63,845 bases of DNA from an uncultured bacterium (GTDB lineage Bacteria > Patescibacteriota > Microgenomatia > UBA1400 > UBA12108), in contig CAJAUT010000019.1 of NCBI GenBank assembly GCA_903945195.1, positions 1-63,845 on the forward strand. The letters are read 5' to 3'. The position numbers and the translations under genes were made by a program. Below the pieces are notes generated by a model, which searched no databases, had not been told where the DNA came from, and worked only from the letters and a program-made list of their open reading frames with translations. The stretch's first letter is position 1; every line of letters starts with the position of its first letter. This document shows positions 50,867-59,547 of this stretch, piece by piece.

Positions 50867-50953
50867 TTACCCTAGGGCTAAATTTTCGTTCATCCCTTTA
50901 CGATATTTATCAAACAATCCCTTAGTATTTTCACCTCTCATTATTGAATTCAT
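50867..50953 (-). CDS. 28-aa peptide with the same N-terminus type as 50990-51190
   Basis: MNSIMRGE...; AAGGAGG RBS within a duplicated leader. Confidence 0.35.
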   Translation of the reverse strand: MNSIMRGENTKGLFDKYRKGMNENLALG

Positions 50954-50989
50954 ATCAAACCCTCCTTTGTTATAACTAACCTCAAATAT

Positions 50990-51190
50990 TCACTCTAGGC
51001 CTTGCATGACCATTTTAGCTTGATTAAATGACACTCCTTGTCTCAACATTTTTGCCCATGTTTGCAATTGCTTTTCCGAATATGGCCGCACTGATACATA
51101 CTCGTGCAATACTTTTGGTACATGTAGCATAGGTTGCGGCACTGATTTCATCGAAGTTGGAAATCCCTCACCCTGCATCACGGCATTCAT
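50990..51190 (-). CDS. Hypothetical 66-aa protein
   Basis: GGGAGG RBS; bracketed by a 20-bp direct repeat. Confidence 0.5.
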   Translation of the reverse strand: MNAVMQGEGFPTSMKSVPQPMLHVPKVLHEYVSVRPYSEKQLQTWAKMLRQGVSFNQAKMVMQGLE

Positions 51191-51419
51191 TTTATATCTC
51201 CTCCCTTTTTTATAACTAACCTCAAATATACATACATTCTAAATATATGCAACATCCCCCAGCTCCCAGATTATCCTCGACAAAAAAAGCCCAATATGTT
51301 AATCTAATCTCATGAAAAAGACTATGCTCAAACTATTACATGAGCCAAGTCTCAGTACCATTTGTATGGTCAAACTAATCCCCCTTAAAGCCAAAAAATA
51401 ACTTATTTAGGAATTAACT

Positions 51420-51968
51420 ATGCAACCCATCCTTTCAGTCCCACACGAAATCTTGCGCAAAAAATGCCTCACGATAAATCGCATCACACCAGATGTGCAA
51501 CAACAAATCGACGACCTCAAGCAAGCCATGATAGACGCCCACAATCCAGAGGGAGTCGGCCTCAGTTTCCCTCAGATCGGCTACTCCATCCGTGGTTTCG
51601 TCACTTACCTCGACAAAAAAATGAAAGTCTACCTAAATCCTCTCATCCTCGATATGAGTGAAGAAAAGACTCTAGGCGGCACCAAAGATCGCCCCACCCT
51701 CGAGGGCTGTCTCTCTATCCCCTGGCTCTACGGCCCCGTCTGGCGACCAAAAAAGATCAAAATCCAAGCCATAGACGAGCACGGAGTCGAATTTGTAAAG
51801 ACTCTCTCTAGCTTCCCCGCCCGCCTAGCCATGCACGAGTACGACCACCTAGAGGGAGTACTATTTACTGACTATACCCTCAAAGACAATCTACCGCTCT
51901 ATCTCCTCAACCAAGAACAAGACAAATTTGTGCAAATCGAAGATCCAAGCTCAGTCATTAAGTGGTAA
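51420..51968 (+). CDS. def: Peptide deformylase
   Basis: GVGLSFPQ, EGCLSIP and HEYDHLEG motifs. Confidence 0.95.
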   Translation: MQPILSVPHEILRKKCLTINRITPDVQQQIDDLKQAMIDAHNPEGVGLSFPQIGYSIRGFVTYLDKKMKVYLNPLILDMSEEKTLGGTKDRPTLEGCLSIPWLYGPVWRPKKIKIQAIDEHGVEFVKTLSSFPARLAMHEYDHLEGVLFTDYTLKDNLPLYLLNQEQDKFVQIEDPSSVIKW

Positions 51969-52562
51969 CAATTCTTTACCTACGATCGCTGGACACGCTA
52001 GCTCACCCCTATAATATATATACGTAGTATCTTCAAGATCTTTGTCTTTTACTGCTCTAACTGTTCCGTCACCTTCAATAAACAATGTATGGTTTGGATC
52101 TGATCTTCCAGTCAGTTGTCTTATATCAAAAACAGTGTCAAAGGGTGGAAGTAATGCATCATATTGATTATCCTCATTCACGCTATTATTAATCATTCCA
52201 CAATGTACCAATGCTCCACCAACCCGTACGTACATAGTACCATCCGCCAAGACTTCTTGTACTTGTATCCCTCTCACCAACATTCCTTGAATAGCTATAC
52301 TATTTGTAAAAACTTCCTCTGGAGAGATAAATCCAGAATTTATAGCTGTAGATTCAATTAAACTTGGATCAAATCCCTGACTTTGTGCCCGATCTCCACC
52401 CGCCACGTCCATTGCAGGTTTATTTAGTACTTCAGCTTGACCTCTCAAAGCAATCATCGCTCCTACCGCCAAAGTACCAATGACAGGCACTGCCCACCAC
52501 AAATTTCCTAACAATATATCAGACCCATTCGTTTTAGGCGCTTCCTGCTTACCCATAACCAC
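51951..52562 (-). CDS. Hypothetical membrane-anchored protein
   Basis: Single N-terminal TM; 203 aa. Confidence 0.55.
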   Translation of the reverse strand: MVMGKQEAPKTNGSDILLGNLWWAVPVIGTLAVGAMIALRGQAEVLNKPAMDVAGGDRAQSQGFDPSLIESTAINSGFISPEEVFTNSIAIQGMLVRGIQVQEVLADGTMYVRVGGALVHCGMINNSVNEDNQYDALLPPFDTVFDIRQLTGRSDPNHTLFIEGDGTVRAVKDKDLEDTTYIYYRGELACPAIVGKELLPLND

Positions 52563-52595
52563 GAATTTTAGTACACAGCAGATAAGTATGCAACC

Positions 52596-52624
52596 TTGAC
52601 ATTATATACACCCTATAGTACAAT
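52596..52624 (+). promoter_or_regulatory. Sigma70 promoter TTGACA-17-TACAAT
   Basis: Consensus hexamers with 17-nt spacing. Confidence 0.7.
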
Positions 52625-52640
52625 GACCAGACAAAAACTT

Positions 52641-53603
52641 ATGATAAAAATTGAAGACAGAAATTTTCTTTCAGCAGGTAAATTTGGCAATGACCTATTA
52701 ATCACTGGATCTCTCGCAGTCGAAAAACCAATAATTGCACCCTTCATCGCCTCCGGCTTAAATGCTCGTCTTCTAGATGCTAAAGACGCATTAGCTTCAG
52801 GTTCTATGGAGAGTGTATACCACAGTATTGGACAACATGCTCAAGAAACCAAGCTACTAGAACACATAAACGCAGACTTGCTCGCAGGATTTTTAGAACA
52901 TCCACTCGCTACTACTTTTAGCGCAATCGCTGTCGGGATGCAGATGGTTGAACAACACGGCATAGATCATCAAGAGGGAGAAAGTAAACTAAAATCAATA
53001 TTTGATAATGGGTTAGTATATCCAATTCGCGCACTTTTAGCAGTATACGGCATTCAATTATTTAGCTCATATATCAATGCAATGATGGCAACCAAAGAAT
53101 TTATTACACCAGATGCTGGAGATCTAACGATACTGACTCTCGCATCATTAAGTGTATTAAAATCTGGTTTAGCAATTTCAAAATATGCAAGAGAAGCCAA
53201 ATATAAAAAATCTGTAGATAGGGCTGCTGAAGCAAAAGCTAAAATATCAAAAAGTCAAGAAAAATTAACACAAATCTTAGAAAAAAGATCTATACCTGAA
53301 AGTCGCAAAGGAAGAAGATTAGAATATAGGGATCAACAAAATGATCAACGTGGTATCCATGCAAACATTCAGAACGAACATGGAAAAGAGATGTATGATC
53401 ATTTTGATTCACAAATAGACATGACTTTCCCAACAGAACCAGATCCAATACCTAATCCTCGCCTCGAAAGAGTAAAGCTAGCATCAAGAGATGAATTATC
53501 ATTTCCAAAATCAGTAAAAAACGCTATATCCAAAGTACCAAGATCTGAAAGATATAGATCTAGATTAGAAAGATTTTATAAAACTCATTTTAAGAGAAAA
53601 TAA
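52641..53603 (+). CDS. Hypothetical protein with hydrophobic segments and charged C-terminus
   Basis: Long ORF; start moved to ATG 52641, downstream of the promoter. Confidence 0.55.
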   Translation: MIKIEDRNFLSAGKFGNDLLITGSLAVEKPIIAPFIASGLNARLLDAKDALASGSMESVYHSIGQHAQETKLLEHINADLLAGFLEHPLATTFSAIAVGMQMVEQHGIDHQEGESKLKSIFDNGLVYPIRALLAVYGIQLFSSYINAMMATKEFITPDAGDLTILTLASLSVLKSGLAISKYAREAKYKKSVDRAAEAKAKISKSQEKLTQILEKRSIPESRKGRRLEYRDQQNDQRGIHANIQNEHGKEMYDHFDSQIDMTFPTEPDPIPNPRLERVKLASRDELSFPKSVKNAISKVPRSERYRSRLERFYKTHFKRK

Positions 53604-53608
53604 CTATC

Positions 53609-53998
53609 ATGACTCCAGACATACTTACCAAATCGCTAGAGCTGGCAGCCTATACCCTACACAATACGTCAGTAGGTGAATCTTTACATGCTTTTTCCGC
53701 AGACGATTCGGAAATGAATATTGGTGCAAAATTTAGCATTGGTTTTGCTTTAGCCACATTCGCATTTATTTACATAGCATCCAGAATGCTGAAAAGAGAT
53801 ATTGAAAATTTCTCAAGACCAAAAGGTGAAGAATCTAAGAGTCCTGCTAGTTTAGAGCAAAAACCAGTACGTGAATTCATTAAAGTATTACCATCTACTG
53901 GACAGGCAACATCAAGACCGACTAGATTTTTTCCTAATGGAAAATCAGCAATGACTGAAAAAGCACCTAGGGAAGATGAGCCATTTTACGAAAAATAA
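53609..53998 (+). CDS. Hypothetical single-TM protein
   Basis: 129 aa with one TM segment. Confidence 0.5.
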   Translation: MTPDILTKSLELAAYTLHNTSVGESLHAFSADDSEMNIGAKFSIGFALATFAFIYIASRMLKRDIENFSRPKGEESKSPASLEQKPVREFIKVLPSTGQATSRPTRFFPNGKSAMTEKAPREDEPFYEK

Positions 53999-54023
53999 TT
54001 CTTTTCCATAGTACAATTACCTC

Positions 54024-54962
54024 ATGAACCTCATCTTTTTTGGCGCAGACCAATATTCTGCAGTAGCTCTCCAAACTATCCTTGCCGCTAGCCTTCCGGG
54101 AGACTCCCGGCAGGTTCAGGTAGTCACCGACAAACACGAAGGTGGCTCACCTGTCGAAAAACTCGCCAAGGAACACAACCTAAATGTCTCCTACTACCCC
54201 ACCCTCCCAGATCTATCTGGTGCCATCGGCCTCTGCGCCTCATTTGACCACTTGATCCCTCAAGACATCATCGCCCAATTTGCAGGCAATCTATACAATC
54301 TCCACCCATCCCTTTTGCCACAGTACAGAAATGTCTCCCCTGTTCAGTACGCGATCGCCCTAGGCGACAAGGAAACTGGTATCACCCTCTTTCGCATCTC
54401 CCCAGGTATAGATGACGGAGAGATTATCGCCCAGTCCTCAGAGCCCATCCTAGAGTCAGATACGACCGCCACCCTTACCCCTCGACTATTTAAAAAAGGT
54501 GCCGAATTGTTCCTAAGTTACGATCCTTGTAAACCAAGCAATATTTACAAGGATCGTAACTTTGCAATCCCAGCCGAATCCCTCATCTTTACCCGCCGTC
54601 TCACCCGCGATTCTGGCTTTATCGACTGGGTAGTACTAGAAAAGCTCCTCACAGGCAAAAAAATCGAAGCCACAGAAACCAATAATGGATTACTCAACTT
54701 GCGCATCACCCACAATCCTGATGGCAATATTCTAAAAGATCTCCTGCGCGCCCTCACCCCCTGGCCTGGTATCTGGAGCCTCGTACCTACCAAGAAGGGC
54801 GAGTTGCGAATTGCTCTTGTGATTAAAGGGTCTGACCTTACAGGAAGTGCCCAACCCGCAGATTCAAAGGCGGGAAGGTCAGACCCTGAAGGTATTCAAA
54901 TCCTCATCTCAGGAAAACACAAAGCTATATCTCTTAAAGATTTCACAAAATATTATTTATGA
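54024..54962 (+). CDS. fmt: Methionyl-tRNA formyltransferase (carries three palindromic insertions)
   Basis: IFFG, NLHPSLLPQYR..SP, TGIT, DDG and RALTPWPG motifs. Confidence 0.9.
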   Translation: MNLIFFGADQYSAVALQTILAASLPGDSRQVQVVTDKHEGGSPVEKLAKEHNLNVSYYPTLPDLSGAIGLCASFDHLIPQDIIAQFAGNLYNLHPSLLPQYRNVSPVQYAIALGDKETGITLFRISPGIDDGEIIAQSSEPILESDTTATLTPRLFKKGAELFLSYDPCKPSNIYKDRNFAIPAESLIFTRRLTRDSGFIDWVVLEKLLTGKKIEATETNNGLLNLRITHNPDGNILKDLLRALTPWPGIWSLVPTKKGELRIALVIKGSDLTGSAQPADSKAGRSDPEGIQILISGKHKAISLKDFTKYYL

Positions 54963-54974
54963 TAACATTTATTT

Positions 54975-55187
54975 ATGTCACTGAAAGTAAGGCTTTCAAA
55001 AACAAATCTTAGCCAACTCTCAAATTACCTAAATAATCTAGCTGCAGCTTGGTTTATAGCCGGCATAATCACTCCAATTTTTATTCTCGACAAATTTACA
55101 ATCCTCATATTTTTCCGTGCTATACTCGGCATTATCATGTCCGTTGTTTTTTTATACGCTTCTTTTAGATACAATAAATCTAGATAA
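54975..55187 (+). CDS. Small two-TM protein
   Basis: 70 aa, hydrophobic, AT-rich. Confidence 0.55.
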   Translation: MSLKVRLSKTNLSQLSNYLNNLAAAWFIAGIITPIFILDKFTILIFFRAILGIIMSVVFLYASFRYNKSR

Positions 55188-55194
55188 AAATACT

Positions 55195-55284
55195 ATGATA
55201 AATATTGAAAACGGTTATTACATTGCAATCATTATTAGTGCAATTTTCTTGGCAGTAATACTACTTATTGTTGAAAAGAAATAA
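55195..55284 (+). CDS. 29-aa single-TM peptide
   Basis: MINIENGYYIAIIISAIFLAVILLIVEKK. Confidence 0.4.
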   Translation: MINIENGYYIAIIISAIFLAVILLIVEKK

Positions 55285-55285
55285 T

Positions 55286-55378
55286 ATGACAGAAACTCAA
55301 ATCTTAGCCATTTTAGCCACCTTAGCAGTAATTTTTATCTTGTTAGTATCCATCAAAATTTCTCAAAAAAAACTCTAA
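55286..55378 (+). CDS. 30-aa single-TM peptide
   Basis: MTETQILAILATLAVIFILLVSIKISQKKL. Confidence 0.4.
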   Translation: MTETQILAILATLAVIFILLVSIKISQKKL

Positions 55379-55380
55379 TC

Positions 55381-57522
55381 TTACCGTCCCCACCTCTCCC
55401 TACTCACCCTTATCACTTTATCCCTATTTTCATTGCGGCTAGCAGGCAGTGGCAACGTCCGCCCTACAAACGCTCGCCCTGACATGGCGTCCACCATCAG
55501 TCGCACCGCGATCTGGTAGTTCTCTAGATTTACCAGGTCTTTGTCGGTAAATACGTCCCCAAATTCCTTCATGATAATCCGCGCATCATCCGCCCCTATG
55601 GTGAATGAGATGATCGACCCTGCATTTCCCAGGATTGCCTTTTGCACCTCGATCGGGATCTGCGCCATATATTGGTTGGCGAGTGTCAGATTTAGTTTGT
55701 ACTTACGAGCCTCAGACAAGATTTTAATAAATGATTCTGTAGCAAAGTTTTGGAACTCATCGACGTATAGATAAAAGTCCTTGCGATCTGCCTCGCTTCT
55801 ATCTACCCTATTCATGGCAGCCAGCTGGAACTTGGTGATCAGCATCGCACCAATCAGGGCTGCATTGTCCTCTCCCATCTTCCCCTGCGACAGATTGGCT
55901 ATCAAGATCTTGCCGCTATTCATGATCTCTTCTATATCTATCGAGCTTTGTGGTCGCTCGATAATGGCGCGGATCAGGGGTGAAGAGATAAATTGTCCAA
56001 CCTTATTTAAAATGGGCGAGATCGATTCTTGGAGCATTTTCTCTGGCATCTTGTCAAACTCATTTTCAAAATATCGCTTTATCACTGGGTCTTTAATCTT
56101 CGTCATCACATCACGTCGGAAATCCCTGTCTGTCAAAAGTCTTGGCACCTCAACAAGCGTCATCCCAGGTACTTCAGATAGTGCTAGTAGTGTGTTGCGC
56201 AGTATGTACTCAAGGCGTGGACCCCAGGAATGACCATACAGTTTATTAAAAATGGCCACAATCCCAGATACAATTAGCTCGCGTTGGATCGGATCCTTTA
56301 CCTCGAGTATATTTAGTCTCACCGGTCTATCGCGGTCCACTGGATTAAAGTACACTACATCGTTCATGCGCGAAGCAGGGACATAATTTAAAATAATATC
56401 TGACAAATCGCCGTGGGGATCTATGATCGCCATCCCTCGCCCCTTTTTCATATCATCTATCGCCATATTGGCGATCAGGGTCGATTTACCCGTCCCAGTC
56501 TTACCGATCGCCCAGAGGTGGCGACGTCTATCTTCATCTTTGATGCCAAAGATTAGGTCACGATTTTTAAAGACTGCTCGCCCAAAAAAGTTTATCTTTT
56601 GTCTTTCTTCCTCATCCCTACCCTCTGCAATTGGCAGATTTTCTGGCGGCTCACTAAACACATTTTGCCCCCACAGGATCATCGGGATCTTCACCTTGTC
56701 AGATGGCAAATGCCAGATAGTGGCTAGCTCAGTGATGGATAGGACTCTCTTGTCCACTGGTTTACGCTCTATCATCTTGCGCCTGGCAGACTCCATAAAC
56801 AAAGGCTTGTTCACGTGCCAGCTATTGCCGTCTGGTCTCGCAAACACGCCAAAGACAGCCGAGAGCTCTCCTAGTCTTGCAGGATTGGTTACAGCTATAC
56901 GGGCAGTGATCGCAAATCCCGCTTGGCCTATCTTTTCTTCTATCCCTCTGGCATTTGGCAATGTCCCACGCTTCTCTTGGTAGCCATTTTGGGTCTTGGT
57001 AGCACCCATGGACCGACCATTGTCTAGCGCGCTTCGTCCTGCGCCCTGCCAGTTACCTGGGGCAGAGGAGATAACAAATGACATATACATCACCTCACCC
57101 ACCTCAGCCTTTGACATGACAGACAAATAAGAATTGATAGGGTCTGTATCACGGAAATCTGCCCAGGTTTTAAAAGGATAAAAACTAGCCAGATTTAGCC
57201 TCAACTCCCCAATAGTAAGTTTGGAAATGACACTTTGGATCGGATCTTCGACAGGCACGATGACCGCCAAAGGATAAGTGGACTGTATCTGGGAGATCAC
57301 AAACTGCGTCAGATGTGAGGTGCAAGTGACCAGGAACCGGATCTTTTGCTCCCACACAGCCACCTCAAGGGCCACGACAGGCTTCTCCTCGCCTTTGATC
57401 AGGATATCAAACAGAGATTTGTGCAAGATCGAGGGAAAGGTCGAAAGAAATGTAGAGGCAGACTCGGCGGTCACCTCTGTCTCACGAGGAATAGTCACAA
57501 GAAGAGTTGTTAGTTTGGGCAT
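55381..57522 (-). CDS. VirD4/TraD-HerA-like P-loop ATPase
   Basis: GKTGTGKST, IDPHGD, YVDEFQNF, SEARKY and LANQY motifs. Confidence 0.85.
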   Translation of the reverse strand: MPKLTTLLVTIPRETEVTAESASTFLSTFPSILHKSLFDILIKGEEKPVVALEVAVWEQKIRFLVTCTSHLTQFVISQIQSTYPLAVIVPVEDPIQSVISKLTIGELRLNLASFYPFKTWADFRDTDPINSYLSVMSKAEVGEVMYMSFVISSAPGNWQGAGRSALDNGRSMGATKTQNGYQEKRGTLPNARGIEEKIGQAGFAITARIAVTNPARLGELSAVFGVFARPDGNSWHVNKPLFMESARRKMIERKPVDKRVLSITELATIWHLPSDKVKIPMILWGQNVFSEPPENLPIAEGRDEEERQKINFFGRAVFKNRDLIFGIKDEDRRRHLWAIGKTGTGKSTLIANMAIDDMKKGRGMAIIDPHGDLSDIILNYVPASRMNDVVYFNPVDRDRPVRLNILEVKDPIQRELIVSGIVAIFNKLYGHSWGPRLEYILRNTLLALSEVPGMTLVEVPRLLTDRDFRRDVMTKIKDPVIKRYFENEFDKMPEKMLQESISPILNKVGQFISSPLIRAIIERPQSSIDIEEIMNSGKILIANLSQGKMGEDNAALIGAMLITKFQLAAMNRVDRSEADRKDFYLYVDEFQNFATESFIKILSEARKYKLNLTLANQYMAQIPIEVQKAILGNAGSIISFTIGADDARIIMKEFGDVFTDKDLVNLENYQIAVRLMVDAMSGRAFVGRTLPLPASRNENRDKVIRVSRERWGR

Positions 57523-57546
57523 GACACTAGTATAGCGGAAAAACGT

Positions 57547-57693
57547 TTATTTATTCAAAAACTGCGCAGCCATCGCGAACCCACCACACAACAGTAACGA
57601 TGCGATCGTGGCAACCACGACATTTCTCATTTTCTCGCGTTCTAGTTGACCAAATCCTGTTTGAAAATCTTTCTTTTGAAGTTGTTCTTTCAT
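57547..57693 (-). CDS. Small single-TM protein
   Basis: MKEQLQKK... 48 aa after the rpmB stop. Confidence 0.45.
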   Translation of the reverse strand: MKEQLQKKDFQTGFGQLEREKMRNVVVATIASLLLCGGFAMAAQFLNK

Positions 57694-57703
57694 GATGATA
57701 TTT

Positions 57704-57907
57704 TTAAGCAGCCACTGCTGGCTTTGAAGCAGATTTGACACTGCGTAGACATTTGGTGCAGAGTCTCAGACGTAGTTTGGACTCTCCCATCTGCATCTTG
57801 TGTGAGTGGAGATTTGGTTTGCGGATCCTCTGGGTGCGGTTTTTGGCGTGGGACACGTTGTGCCCTACGTTTCTTTTTTTACCACATAAATCACATGCGT
57901 TTGCCAT
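57704..57907 (-). CDS. rpmB: 50S ribosomal protein L28
   Basis: CDLCGK..GHNVSHAKNRT.R..KPNL and CTKC motifs. Confidence 0.95.
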   Translation of the reverse strand: MANACDLCGKKRNVGHNVSHAKNRTQRIRKPNLHSHKMQMGESKLRLRLCTKCLRSVKSASKPAVAA

Positions 57908-57927
57908 AGGTCGTTATTTTAGCACGA

Positions 57928-58167
57928 TTATTTCTTTTTCGCACTAGTATAAGAGTGAGATAAAACAGTTCTATAGCCTCCTACTGCCCCTGAGTCTGGA
58001 TCATAAAGAGTACTATTATTTGCTTTAATAAAAATATGTTCAAAGTTGATTAACCCATGATCAACAAAAAAACAGATAACATGAAACAAATGATTCGCAA
58101 ATTCCAGATCTTTCTTAGAATCAGCATATACTTCCAAGTCTAAACCTAACCTATCAACTTTGATCAT
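57928..58167 (-). CDS. Hypothetical protein
   Basis: 79-aa ORF, co-directional with its neighbours. Confidence 0.45.
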   Translation of the reverse strand: MIKVDRLGLDLEVYADSKKDLEFANHLFHVICFFVDHGLINFEHIFIKANNSTLYDPDSGAVGGYRTVLSHSYTSAKKK

Positions 58168-58176
58168 ACTACCTTG

Positions 58177-58785
58177 TTAGTGACTGCTTACAGATCCACG
58201 ACTTCTAAATAGAAGCGAGGCGCCGATGGCTAGTCCCACGATAACGAGTATTACAACAAGTAGTGAAGATACGATCTTTCCTATCACAGCTCCAGCAGTA
58301 CCTGTGGTTGCAGCTACAGTTGTAGCGGCAGTAGAGGTAGTAGTAGCTTTGGTGGTAGTTGCAGTAGTTGTGGTGACAGGTACGGCAGTAGATTTACTTT
58401 TGTCAAAACTAAAAGCAGCCACAGATCCAGAGACAATTTGTTTGTCACCCATCTTGCGTACCAAGCCATCTTTTTCAGCAGTGATATACATAGCGTCAAA
58501 TTCATCAGAGATATTTCCGGAAAAATATCCTCTATCTACTTCGGCAATTCTAGTGACTTCACCACGAGTAGAGGTCTTGCCCCAAAGGACATATTTGTTA
58601 TAAAGAGTTTCGTAAGGATAAACGAGGCCATCACAGCGTCCACTGACTCTGTATGTACCATCTTGGTAGATAGATACACCTTTACAAGATACGTTGCCAC
58701 CTGTTAAATCAATAGATCCTTCATGTGCTGAAGCTGTAGAAGCAAATATAAAAGACAAAGCTACAAGAGCCAATAGTTTTTTCAT
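58177..58785 (-). CDS. Secreted protein with Thr-rich linker and C-terminal TM anchor
   Basis: MKKLLAL..ASA signal peptide, Thr/Ala stretch, TM plus basic tail. Confidence 0.7.
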   Translation of the reverse strand: MKKLLALVALSFIFASTASAHEGSIDLTGGNVSCKGVSIYQDGTYRVSGRCDGLVYPYETLYNKYVLWGKTSTRGEVTRIAEVDRGYFSGNISDEFDAMYITAEKDGLVRKMGDKQIVSGSVAAFSFDKSKSTAVPVTTTTATTTKATTTSTAATTVAATTGTAGAVIGKIVSSLLVVILVIVGLAIGASLLFRSRGSVSSH

Positions 58786-58874
58786 ATGGCCCATAGTGTA
58801 CCATATTTCCCTCCAAAGTCAATGGCGATGCCCTCTCGAAGCCGGAGGCGTAGTGGGGTATACTGACACAACCT

Positions 58875-59462
58875 ATGGATTTTATAATCAAAGCCATCGT
58901 CTTTATTGTAGCCCTGACTATCCATGAGTTTGCCCATGCTTATGCTGCCGACAAACTAGGTGATCCCACTCCTCGTAGCTACGGCCGACTCACCCTAAAT
59001 CCTCTGGCTCACCTAGATCTCCTAGGGACATTAGCCATCATCTTTATTGGCTTTGGCTGGGCCAAACCAGTCCCCTTTGACGCCTACAACTTGAGGAATC
59101 CTAGGCGCGATTCCATGCTTATCGCTCTAGCAGGGCCAGCATCAAACCTGATACTTGCAGTCATAATTAGTATCTTACTCAACTTTATCCCCTCCTCATT
59201 TATTACTCTAATCTTGCAGTACGTACTCCTAGGCAATGTCAGTATCGCCATCTTTAACCTGATCCCTGTCTTCCCTCTAGACGGTGAAAAGATCCTCGGC
59301 GGCCTCCTACCTCCAGATCTATATAGGGAATATGCAAATATCATGGCTCAGTATGGCACCATCATCCTTATCCTCATGTTGCTACCTATAGCTGGTGGCA
59401 CCTCCCCCATTGCCGCCCTCATCTCTCCAATCATTTCCTTTGTAGCACAGCTATTGCTATAA
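58875..59462 (+). CDS. Site-2 protease family (M50) protein
   Basis: HEFAH, GDPT, AGPASN and NLIPVFPLDG motifs. Confidence 0.92.
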   Translation: MDFIIKAIVFIVALTIHEFAHAYAADKLGDPTPRSYGRLTLNPLAHLDLLGTLAIIFIGFGWAKPVPFDAYNLRNPRRDSMLIALAGPASNLILAVIISILLNFIPSSFITLILQYVLLGNVSIAIFNLIPVFPLDGEKILGGLLPPDLYREYANIMAQYGTIILILMLLPIAGGTSPIAALISPIISFVAQLLL

Positions 59463-59476
59463 TCACCTCTGTTCTT

Positions 59477-59547
59477 AGGCCTGTCGTTCAGCGGTAGGAC
59501 TCTTCTCTCCAAAAGAAGTAACGAAGGTTCGATCCCTTCCGGGCCTG
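59477..59547 (+). tRNA. trnW: tRNA-Trp (CCA)
   Basis: Acceptor AGGCCTG/CGGGCCT, anticodon arm CTTCT-CTCCAAA-AGAAG, T arm GAAGG-TTCGATC-CCTTC; CCA end not encoded. Confidence 0.93.

Noticed and set aside
50970..51229. CRISPR array
   Set aside because: Only two 20-nt repeats 240 nt apart, and no cas genes.
55381..57522. Conjugative element marked by the VirD4-like ATPase
   Set aside because: No relaxase or other T4SS genes are nearby, and stand-alone ATPases of this type are common in CPR chromosomes.
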